Positions 38,015 to 45,850 of a stretch of DNA of 57,602 nt are shown here, piece after piece (the first letter of the stretch is position 1; each line of letters opens with the position of its first letter). The notes below the pieces were generated by a model. The model worked only from the letters and a program-made list of their open reading frames with translations. It did no database searches and was not told the origin of the DNA. Source of the DNA: Candidatus Kaiserbacteria bacterium (GTDB lineage Bacteria; Patescibacteriota; Minisyncoccia; Phycocordibacterales; UBA2100); assembly GCA_003164215.1 (NCBI GenBank), contig PLSR01000017.1:148029-205630 (forward strand), given 5' to 3'. A program made the translations under genes and the position numbers.

Positions 38015-38740
38015 CTATTCCCGGGCCTCCTTTTCTTCAAACCCGTGCATATTGCACTCGCCGTGCATTTTCCTCCCGTCGCCCGGCTTGCCGAGCTCCA
38101 AACGTCCACCACGAGAATCGGATGGATCGAGGCTGCGAACTGTGCACGAATCGCAGCCGACGGATGTGAGTCCTTTCGCAATGAGCGGGTGCGGTGGCAA
38201 ACCGGATTTCACGAATTCGCGCGTGAGCTCCGCTGATGTCATGTCGGCGATCAGGTTGACCCGTACATGTCCAAGCCCGTCGTTTTCGAAGATTGGCATA
38301 TTCGTACGCACGCCGCCGTGTTCACGTCTCCTTCCGGAGATGTACACTTCGATGCCATGGCGCCTGAGAGCGTCCTCGAAAGGAATCGCCTTACGTACGT
38401 CGCAACAGCGGTCCTTATCCGTCTTCCAGAGCGTCCCCGTTTTGTCGACGGCTTCGACTGCTGCGTCCGTCGGCCCGATCATTCGAACATTCGTCAATTC
38501 GAGCCTGCTCGCCAACTCCTCGAGATACTCAAGGGTCTCCTTGAGGATCTTTCCGGTATTGGTGAAAATGATGATTGTCGCAGGGTCGATATTGGCAACG
38601 ATTTGTAGCAACGCCCACGATTCTGTCCCAAAGGACGATGCGATCGCGATTCGCCCCCGGAACTCTTGTAAGAGTTTGCGGAGCAATTCCTCACGGTACA
38701 GACCGTGGTATTTCTCCGTCAATTCCTGGGCACGGACCAT
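38015..38740 (-). CDS. cysH: adenylyl-sulfate / PAPS reductase (CysH family, Fe-S type)
   Basis: SSFGTESWALLQ, RCCDVRKAIPF (Cys-Cys), ISGRRRE, and SVGCDSCT...GRL...HGECNMHG (a variant of CxxC...ECGLH). Confidence 0.75.
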   Translation of the reverse strand: MVRAQELTEKYHGLYREELLRKLLQEFRGRIAIASSFGTESWALLQIVANIDPATIIIFTNTGKILKETLEYLEELASRLELTNVRMIGPTDAAVEAVDKTGTLWKTDKDRCCDVRKAIPFEDALRRHGIEVYISGRRREHGGVRTNMPIFENDGLGHVRVNLIADMTSAELTREFVKSGLPPHPLIAKGLTSVGCDSCTVRSLDPSDSRGGRLELGKPGDGRKMHGECNMHGFEEKEARE

Positions 38741-38830
38741 AATCTTTTTCTCCTCGAGGTTTGAACTGATTTCTGTGTCTTAGCCTATCGCATTGTGCCC
38801 AAAAAACCAAATAATGCCGTTATCTCGTCG

Positions 38831-39604
38831 TTACATGACGACCTTCGGATACATATAGGCGCTCAAGGCTGAAATGCCGAGTGTCGTCACAAAAAGCACG
38901 AGAATATCGAGTGGAAGCCCCGCGGATGATCCTTGGATCAGTACCGCGCGCAGTCCGTCGACCATATAGCTCAGGGGATTGATGGTGGCGACGAATTGCA
39001 ACCATCCCGGCATTATGGATATCGGATAGATCGCGTTCGACGCGAAGAAGAGCGGAAGCGTGATGACCTGGCCAATGCCCATGAATCGTTCACGTGTTTT
39101 GACGATCGACGCGATCACCATGGATAGTCCTGTGAAGAAGCCGGCACCGAGGAGCGTGATGACGAAGACCCAGAAGAGGGAAGCGGGCGTAATGATGATC
39201 TGGATACGGAGTATGAATGCGAATATGAAAATGATGACCGCCTGGCAGAGGCCGCGCATCGCGGCGGAGCCCATCTTGCCCCAGACGAGTGCGAGGCGCG
39301 GGGTCGGCGTCACGAGGAATTTCTGCAAGAGACCAAGATCGCGTTCCCAAATGATGTTGAGCCCATAGAAGATGGCGATGAACACGATCGATTGGGTGAG
39401 GATCCCCGGCGTGATGAATTGCAGATACGTGAAATTGCCGGTCGGTATCGCGCGCACCTTGCTCAATGCTTCGCCGAAGATGCCGAGCCAGAGGATCGGC
39501 TGGACGGCGCGTGTGATGAGCTCGGTCGGATCGTGGAAGAGCTTGCGGATCTCCATTTCCGCCATGACCCACGATTTGACGAGTGTTTGAGCGATGTAAT
39601 TCAT
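38831..39604 (-). CDS. ABC-2 type transporter permease
   Basis: The ATG at 39604 lies 2 nt after the ATPase stop. 6 TM segments. The upstream Arg-rich extension in the track was rejected. Confidence 0.8.
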   Translation of the reverse strand: MNYIAQTLVKSWVMAEMEIRKLFHDPTELITRAVQPILWLGIFGEALSKVRAIPTGNFTYLQFITPGILTQSIVFIAIFYGLNIIWERDLGLLQKFLVTPTPRLALVWGKMGSAAMRGLCQAVIIFIFAFILRIQIIITPASLFWVFVITLLGAGFFTGLSMVIASIVKTRERFMGIGQVITLPLFFASNAIYPISIMPGWLQFVATINPLSYMVDGLRAVLIQGSSAGLPLDILVLFVTTLGISALSAYMYPKVVM

Positions 39605-39605
39605 A

Positions 39606-40442
39606 TCAGCCAAGTCGGTGTTCCGTTCGCCGTGACTGCCGAACGGAACGAAAATTTGACGTGTCTTCGAGCTGTGCCCCGGTGAAAAAGATGAACGCAT
39701 CTTCAAGCGTCGCGTTCTCTTTATTCGTGCGACTCTTGATCTCGGTGACGGTGCCGATCGTCGCGATCTTTCCGGCATTCATGATCGCGACGCGGTCGCA
39801 TTCCTCCTCCGCCTCTTCCATCTGATGTGTCGAAAATAATATGGTGGTGCCGTACTGGTCGCGCAATTCCCGAATATGCTTCCACACATTTTGCCGCGCG
39901 ACCGGATCGAGCCCGGATGTCGGCTCATCGAGGAAGAGCACCTTCGGATGATGTGGGATAGCTTGGCCGATCTCGAGACGGCGGATCATGCCCCCGGAAA
40001 AGGTCCGCACAAGCGCACCGGCGTGATCCGCGAGATTGAGAAGCCCGAGCACTTCCGCGATGCGCGCTTTCCGCTCTTTGGCAGGGATATCATAGAGACG
40101 CGCCATAAGCATAAGATTTTCGTACGCGGTCAAGGTCCCGTCGACGGAGATGAGCTGGGGGACATAGCCGATGATGCGCCGCACGTCCGATGCATTGGCG
40201 ACGACGTTCAATCCATCAATCGACGCCTCGCCGGAAGTCGGCGCAAGCAAGGTGATGAGCATCTTGATGGTGGTGCTTTTGCCTGCGCCGTTGGGACCGA
40301 GGAACGCGAACATTTCGCCGCGATCGATCTCAAACGTGATACCGTCGACCGCTGTGACGTCCTTGAAGCGCTTCACCAGATCTCGGACGGTAATAATATG
40401 GGGGTCTGAATTCTCAACAGAAAATGCGTCACTCATGAGCAT
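39606..40442 (-). CDS. ABC transporter ATP-binding protein (DrrA-like)
   Basis: GPNGAGKST, FSGGMIRRLEIG, LFLDEPTSGLD. Confidence 0.9.
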   Translation of the reverse strand: MLMSDAFSVENSDPHIITVRDLVKRFKDVTAVDGITFEIDRGEMFAFLGPNGAGKSTTIKMLITLLAPTSGEASIDGLNVVANASDVRRIIGYVPQLISVDGTLTAYENLMLMARLYDIPAKERKARIAEVLGLLNLADHAGALVRTFSGGMIRRLEIGQAIPHHPKVLFLDEPTSGLDPVARQNVWKHIRELRDQYGTTILFSTHQMEEAEEECDRVAIMNAGKIATIGTVTEIKSRTNKENATLEDAFIFFTGAQLEDTSNFRSVRQSRRTEHRLG

Positions 40443-40544
40443 ATTATATAACGGGGGAAGGAGGTTGCTTGACGTGAAATCTTGATGTGTTATGTTGGCC
40501 CCCGCGCGTCAATCCGGCGTGTGAAAGAACTGGGGTCACTCACC

Positions 40545-40826
40545 ATGAGGAAGATTGCTCTTTTTGCGGCCGTCGTTGCCTTCATCGCGGCTCCCGGCCT
40601 GGCGTTTGCGTCCGGCATTGTCGTGGTCGGCGGGAGCGCCCATGCGATGTCTATCGGCGGCGCCTTCAACAACAACTATGCGCAGGGCGGCGGCGCGATG
40701 GCCTTCGTGCCGAAGAACGTGAAGAGCGTCGACGTCTACGGCGGCGACGCCTCTGCGACTTCGCTCGGCGGAAAGTTCAACAGCAATTATGCCGTCGGCG
40801 GCAACGCGATCGCGGTCGTCTACTGA
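40545..40826 (+). CDS. small secreted Gly/Asn/Ala-rich protein with two ~28-aa internal repeats
   Basis: Signal peptide MRKIALFAAVVAFIAAPGLAFA. The repeats are VVGGSAHAMSIGGAFNNNYAQGGGAMAFV and VYGGDASATSLGGKFNSNYAVGGNAIAVV. Confidence 0.6.
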   Translation: MRKIALFAAVVAFIAAPGLAFASGIVVVGGSAHAMSIGGAFNNNYAQGGGAMAFVPKNVKSVDVYGGDASATSLGGKFNSNYAVGGNAIAVVY

Positions 40827-40898
40827 TTGACTGCTCAGCTATTCCATTGATCCATTAAGGATCGCGGGCGTCACTCCGATGGCGCCCGTTTTCATATA

Positions 40899-40927
40899 TT
40901 GACATGTAGTCTACGGCGTGATACAGT
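40899..40927 (+). promoter_or_regulatory. sigma70-like promoter TTGACA-17-TACAGT
   Basis: Read directly from the sequence, about 45 nt upstream of the lipoprotein start. Confidence 0.5.
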
Positions 40928-40969
40928 GCCGTTCGCCGTTCTTGCGGCAAAGGATAAGAGGAGAGGGCA

Positions 40970-41326
40970 ATGTTCTTGAAATCCGTGCTTATCGCTTCGT
41001 TCGCACTCGGACTTGCGTCCTGCGCTGGCGGCCCCGAGTATTCCGAAACACCGCTGCCTGACGGTTCGAAACAGGTGGCAGTGACCACGCAATCACCCGT
41101 GATGGGCGCACCCGTCATCACGGCGGTCTATCAGCAGAAGGATGGCGTCGTCAGACCCATTGGCATGGCCGGGGGTCAGGACCCGAAAATGGTCGTCCTG
41201 GGTGCCGGCGCAAGCGCCCTCGGGAGCTATGCCGGCGTCGGATTGGCGACGCATGCCGGCAGTCTGATGATCAACAACACCAACACCGCGATCGGCGGCG
41301 GCGGCAAGGTCATCATTCAGCAATAA
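40970..41326 (+). CDS. putative lipoprotein
   Basis: Lipobox LGLASC at residues 13-18. 118 aa with a Gly-rich C-terminus. Confidence 0.6.
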   Translation: MFLKSVLIASFALGLASCAGGPEYSETPLPDGSKQVAVTTQSPVMGAPVITAVYQQKDGVVRPIGMAGGQDPKMVVLGAGASALGSYAGVGLATHAGSLMINNTNTAIGGGGKVIIQQ

Positions 41327-41366
41327 GGCGCACCACAGCCTTGGGTCCGAAGAGACCCCAAGAGCT

Positions 41367-41398
41367 CGAACCTCGCATCACGCGAGGTTCGTTTTTTT
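41367..41398 (+). terminator. rho-independent terminator (10-bp stem plus T7)
   Basis: cgaacctcgc-atcac-gcgaggttcg followed by ttttttt. Confidence 0.8.
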
Positions 41399-41418
41399 GC
41401 TCCGCAACGCAATTATTA

Positions 41419-42036
41419 TTAGTTCTGTGCGCGAACGAGATCGAATGAACCGCTAACCTTTCCGTACGAGCTCATTCTGGTGAATGTGCCCGTTATGGTG
41501 CCGTTGCTGAAGTCGCCGGTGAATGAAATGTCACTGCCGAGCTGGCTTTTACCGGTGAAGGTCAAGGTCGAGCCGTTGATCTTGATCGTCGCGGGAACGG
41601 CCGGAGAGCTTACGCACTGTGCCGGCTTGGCGACCGGAGATTTGCCCGGTGCGGAGACGACCGCGGTGATGCAGAGATTATTGTACGCAATAGTACCGAC
41701 GGCGGCTCCGTCCGCGACTTTCTGAATAATGAGATTCACGTCGCCATCCAATGAGATCTGGTAATTTGTGCCGGCGACAGTGACTTTTCCCGAACCTTGC
41801 ACGCCTTTTCCGCCGACTGCCGAACCCCAGGTGCCGACCAAACCACTTGCCGACGCAGTTGCCGGAGCAGTTGTTGTGGCAACGCTCGGCGTTGTCGTTG
41901 CCAGTGCGGTATTCGCGGTCTGCGACTGCGGCGCTACCGCCGGCGTCGTTCCGTGCGAGATGACCGCGATCACAACGATAAGGATCACGAGGACGGCAGC
42001 CCCCGCGTAATATTTCAAAACCCCTGGACGTTCCAT
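41419..42036 (-). CDS. membrane-anchored extracytoplasmic protein, hypothetical
   Basis: N-terminal TM segment (AAVLVILIVVIAVI), a Thr/Ala-rich linker and a beta-rich C-terminal domain. Confidence 0.55.
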   Translation of the reverse strand: MERPGVLKYYAGAAVLVILIVVIAVISHGTTPAVAPQSQTANTALATTTPSVATTTAPATASASGLVGTWGSAVGGKGVQGSGKVTVAGTNYQISLDGDVNLIIQKVADGAAVGTIAYNNLCITAVVSAPGKSPVAKPAQCVSSPAVPATIKINGSTLTFTGKSQLGSDISFTGDFSNGTITGTFTRMSSYGKVSGSFDLVRAQN

Positions 42037-42156
42037 AAGCGTTATAAAAAGTTACGAATAACGACACTCATGGTACGCCTTTTTCAAAATGCGTGAAGTG
42101 TCGGATAAAAAAAGGGGGATAATCACCTGGCCATGGTGCCCATGGCCACTTGAGCG

Positions 42157-42196
42157 TAAAAAGAAAGCTCTCGCGGCGAGATGTGCCGCGGGAGCT
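42157..42196 (-). terminator. rho-independent terminator of the Pro/Gly-rich protein gene
   Basis: 12-bp stem with one mismatch, followed on the minus strand by CTTTCTTTTT. Confidence 0.6.
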
Positions 42197-42231
42197 TTAT
42201 TGAATGCGCGATAATCGCGCGAGGCCATTGG

Positions 42232-42627
42232 TTAGTCGCTCCCCGGGTCCATCGGAATGGATGGAGGAACACAAACGCCGTCGTACTGAATTTGCCCAGT
42301 GTCCGGATCCACACCACATTGGTACAAGACGGGAGGCGGATCCTCAATCACCACCGGCGGATCGACGTACACGGGCGGTTGAGCGACCCAACCAGGTCCA
42401 CCGGGATGGAACCCAGGACCGAAGCCCGGGTGGAAACCAGGCGCGAAGCCTTGGTGGAAACCAGGACCGGGTCCGAAGTTTGGACGGATGCCGGGGCCGG
42501 GTCCGAAGTTGGGACGCATGGCGGGGCCTCCATGGAACTGCGGGCCCATCGGCCGCTGCTGCCAGGCATTTGCCGAATCGGCAAATGAAAAAGCTGCAAG
42601 CGCGACGGCAAGTCCCATTCCAATCAT
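42232..42627 (-). CDS. secreted Pro/Gly-rich repeat protein
   Basis: Signal peptide MIGMGLAVALAAFSFADSANA. Repeats RPNFGPGPG x2 and GFHPGFGPGFHPGGPGW. Cys-containing C-terminus. Confidence 0.55.
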   Translation of the reverse strand: MIGMGLAVALAAFSFADSANAWQQRPMGPQFHGGPAMRPNFGPGPGIRPNFGPGPGFHQGFAPGFHPGFGPGFHPGGPGWVAQPPVYVDPPVVIEDPPPVLYQCGVDPDTGQIQYDGVCVPPSIPMDPGSD

Positions 42628-42712
42628 TGTGCGCACGAAATCCTCCTCAGTTGGGCGACACGGTGTCGTCTGCGGCGACAATACCACGATTGTCAGTCCT
42701 GGCAAGTCGCCA

Positions 42713-43156
42713 CTATTTTTTCAGTGCATAAACATCCTTCAGAATTTCTCCGCCGTGCGTCGTCGGATCGACATCGGCGTATGCTTTCACAATGGTGCCC
42801 TCCGGATCGATCAGATATGAGATGCGTTTGGAGAACAGCGGCCCCGATGCTTCATACGCAGCGATCCTCGTCTTCGTCGGATCCGCGAGCAATCGGAAGG
42901 GTAGGGAATATTTCTCGGCGAATTGTTTGTGACTTTCGACGGTGTCGGCGCTGATGCCGAACACGCGCACACCTACGCGCTCGAATTCTTCGTACATGTC
43001 ACGGATGACGCACGCTTCTTTCGTACATCCCGGCGTGTCGTCCTTCGGATAAAAATAAACGAGCACGTAGTTGCCTTTAGAAGCGGATAATGTTTGCGCC
43101 TTCCCGTCTTGATCCTCCAGCGTAAAATCCGGCGCCTTCGTATTAATTTCAAGCAT
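42713..43156 (-). CDS. bcp: thioredoxin-dependent thiol peroxidase (Bcp / PrxQ peroxiredoxin)
   Basis: APDFTLEDQDG...VLVYFYPKDDTPGCTKEAC. Start taken at ATG 43156. Confidence 0.85.
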   Translation of the reverse strand: MLEINTKAPDFTLEDQDGKAQTLSASKGNYVLVYFYPKDDTPGCTKEACVIRDMYEEFERVGVRVFGISADTVESHKQFAEKYSLPFRLLADPTKTRIAAYEASGPLFSKRISYLIDPEGTIVKAYADVDPTTHGGEILKDVYALKK

Positions 43157-43308
43157 GCGAAGAATTATATACGGCCTCGATGAGTTTTGCGTGATGCGGC
43201 GCGTACGAATGCCTCGAACGTACAGATGATGCATCTTGTGGTACAGCCCGAATTTCATGAAAAAAGGTCTAGACATGAAGGTGCTATGAAACTACACTGC
43301 GTTTCTCC

Positions 43309-43854
43309 ATGCGGATCTCAATATATTTTTTTACCACGGTGCTGATCTCGATCGTGGGAGTGGCAATGCCGATAGTGGCACAAGCGTCTAGCGTCAGTGG
43401 TTCAATGCCCGCTGCCATAGTGGCGACACCCTCGTGGCTCATCATTCCATCGATAGGTTTGAATGCCCGCATCCAGGGAGTCGGTGTGACCGCACAAGGC
43501 GCCATGGCGGTACCGAGCGGCGTTTCGAAACTGGTTGGGTGGTATAAGCATGGCGTCGTTCCCGGCCAAGCGGGAAGTGCTGTTATCGATGCGCATGTTT
43601 TCGCCGCATTTTCAAAATTGAAATACCTGAAACCCGGTGCTGACGTGTACGTCATAATGACGAACGGTACCACGTTGCACTTCGTCGTCTCGGTCGCGAA
43701 AACATTCGCGCTCGCGACTCTTTCGCCGCAACAACAATTATTCCGCTCGACCCTGAGCGCCGACCTCAATCTCATCACGTGTGCCGGTTCGCTCACAAGC
43801 GATCATTCAACTTATGATCATCGCCTCATCGTATATACGACGCTTGTCGGATAG
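43309..43854 (+). CDS. sortase (class F-like)
   Basis: N-terminal TM segment, IPSIGLNARI, catalytic His (VIDAHV), LITCAGS (TLxTC-type Cys) and a C-terminal Arg (DHRLIVY). Confidence 0.75.
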   Translation: MRISIYFFTTVLISIVGVAMPIVAQASSVSGSMPAAIVATPSWLIIPSIGLNARIQGVGVTAQGAMAVPSGVSKLVGWYKHGVVPGQAGSAVIDAHVFAAFSKLKYLKPGADVYVIMTNGTTLHFVVSVAKTFALATLSPQQQLFRSTLSADLNLITCAGSLTSDHSTYDHRLIVYTTLVG

Positions 43855-43894
43855 GGAACCGTGCTCACCGAGCTCGGCTCATAAAACAAGATCA

Positions 43895-43920
43895 CCTGAC
43901 AGGTCGTGAGACCTATCAGG
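43895..43920. terminator. 11-bp hairpin (one mismatch) between the convergent sortase and gcrA-like genes
   Basis: cctgacaggtc-gtga-gacctatcagg. Confidence 0.45.
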
Positions 43921-43931
43921 CGATTGTTACT

Positions 43932-44354
43932 TCAGCGGCGGCCCATACCTTTTGCCTGGACATCGTGCTCCTCGCAGAGACGCGAACCAGGAAGGACGGG
44001 TTTTCCACAGAGTCTCGGCCGCGTTACGGTTCCGCCCGTACTCATTGGCCACTCGCAGCCGCGAATTGGTGCGATAGCCGTAACGCCGCGCTTCTTCATC
44101 TCGTCCATTTCGTGCAGGTCGACCAGATCACGGAAACGTTCGCGGTCGACAACCTGCTTCACATTCATTCGTTCGTGAGAGGCGAGTGATTTGTGATGTC
44201 TGTGCCGACGTCCCACGATCGTGCCCTTCGTGGTGCCGAAGAAGTCAGCGATCGCTTCATCGATATGGCCGTCGTTCCACAGCAGGACCAAATAGAGATC
44301 TTGTTCCTCGCGCGTTAATTCCTTCCACGGTTGCGAATGCATTCTGCGCTCCAT
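43932..44354 (-). CDS. gcrA: GcrA-like cell-cycle regulator family protein
   Basis: N-terminal W-x3-T-x-E...LWNDGHIDEAIADFFGTTKGTIVGRRHR and C-terminal CEWP...LCGKPV..GSRLCEEH follow the GcrA (PF07750) pattern. Confidence 0.65.
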   Translation of the reverse strand: MERRMHSQPWKELTREEQDLYLVLLWNDGHIDEAIADFFGTTKGTIVGRRHRHHKSLASHERMNVKQVVDRERFRDLVDLHEMDEMKKRGVTAIAPIRGCEWPMSTGGTVTRPRLCGKPVLPGSRLCEEHDVQAKGMGRR

Positions 44355-44545
44355 AGTTCATTGAGCTGAAGCGACGCAACAAGCCTACATGGAATGAACA
44401 AAACACAACTAAAATAATAATGACATGAGATATATCGTCATGTCAAATTTAGTAAAGCGGTTCACACGACCGCATGTAGGATACGCACTGTCTACAGTGA
44501 AAAAAAGAATTGCCACGCATTTGCACTGGTATACTGGAATGTCGT

Positions 44546-45832
44546 ATGAACATCAAATCAATTCGTGCGCGGGAAATATTAGATTCACGCGGCAATCCAA
44601 CAATAGAGGCGGAAGTTTTTTTGGACGATGGAACGATGGGTCGCGCGGCGGTGCCTTCGGGCGCATCGACGGGATCGAATGAGGCACTTGAACTTCGCGA
44701 CGGCGATCCGAAACGTTTCAATGGTACCGGCGTTCTGAATGCGGTCGCGAATGTGAGCGGAGAGATCGCGGCGGCGATCATCGGAAAGGATGCAAGCAAA
44801 CAGAGTGAGCTTGATGAGGCGCTCATCGCGCTCGATGGAACCGAGAACAAGTCGCGACTCGGAGCCAATGCGATCCTCGCGGCTTCGCTCGCGACTGCGC
44901 ATGCTGCGGCACTCGCGCGCGGTATTCCGCTCTTCGAACACATTCGTTCGCTTTCCGAGACTCCCGGTGACCTGCGTATTCCGCTTCCGGGGTGCAATAT
45001 CTTGAACGGTGGTGTGCACACCTCGTGGCAGTCGACCGATATTCAGGAGTTCATGGTCTTGCCGGTCGGTGCCGCGACATTTAAAGAGGGAATTCGCATG
45101 GTCGCGGAAGTCTTCCATACACTAAAAGATGTCTTAAAGGAAAAAGGTTACGCGACCTTGGTCGGGGATGAAGGCGGCTATGCACCACATCTTTCGGGCG
45201 GTAACGAAGAGGCGTTCTCGCTCATTGCGGAAGCCGTCGGCCGGGCAGGCTATGAGCTCGGTCACGACATCGTATTCGGGATCGATGCGGCGGCGTCTGA
45301 ATTTCACGAGAATGGTGCATACCAACTTCACATTGATAAAAAACAGTCGACTTCAGCGGAGATGATAGCCTGGTATCGTGAGCTCAGAGAGCGTTATCCC
45401 ATCGTTTCGATCGAAGATGGTCTCGCGGAGGACGATTGGGAAGGATGGAAACAACTCATGACGACGATCGATACTCCAGTACAGTTCGTCGGCGACGATA
45501 TTTTTGTCACGAACATAAAATTCTTGGAACGCGGCATCGCGGAAGGTGCCGCAAATGCGATCTTGATAAAGCCCAATCAGATCGGCTCATTGACCGAAAC
45601 GATCCGCGTCGTCGACCGTGCGCACCAGGCCGGTTGGCGTTGCATGGTATCGCATCGATCCGGCGAGACGGAAGACACGACGATCGCGCATTTGGCCGTG
45701 GGCCTGGGCACCGGGCAGATCAAGACCGGATCGGTCAGTCGCTCGGAGCGAACGGCGAAGTATAACGAGCTCATGCGCATCGAAGAAGCGCTTGGCGAGA
45801 AGGCAGTCTTTGCAGGTAATGTGTTCGCGTGA
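44546..45832 (+). CDS. eno: enolase
   Basis: [34 protein letters not shown] and [15 protein letters not shown]. Confidence 0.95.
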   Translation: MNIKSIRAREILDSRGNPTIEAEVFLDDGTMGRAAVPSGASTGSNEALELRDGDPKRFNGTGVLNAVANVSGEIAAAIIGKDASKQSELDEALIALDGTENKSRLGANAILAASLATAHAAALARGIPLFEHIRSLSETPGDLRIPLPGCNILNGGVHTSWQSTDIQEFMVLPVGAATFKEGIRMVAEVFHTLKDVLKEKGYATLVGDEGGYAPHLSGGNEEAFSLIAEAVGRAGYELGHDIVFGIDAAASEFHENGAYQLHIDKKQSTSAEMIAWYRELRERYPIVSIEDGLAEDDWEGWKQLMTTIDTPVQFVGDDIFVTNIKFLERGIAEGAANAILIKPNQIGSLTETIRVVDRAHQAGWRCMVSHRSGETEDTTIAHLAVGLGTGQIKTGSVSRSERTAKYNELMRIEEALGEKAVFAGNVFA

Positions 45833-45850
45833 TCTCTAAGGCAATTTCGT

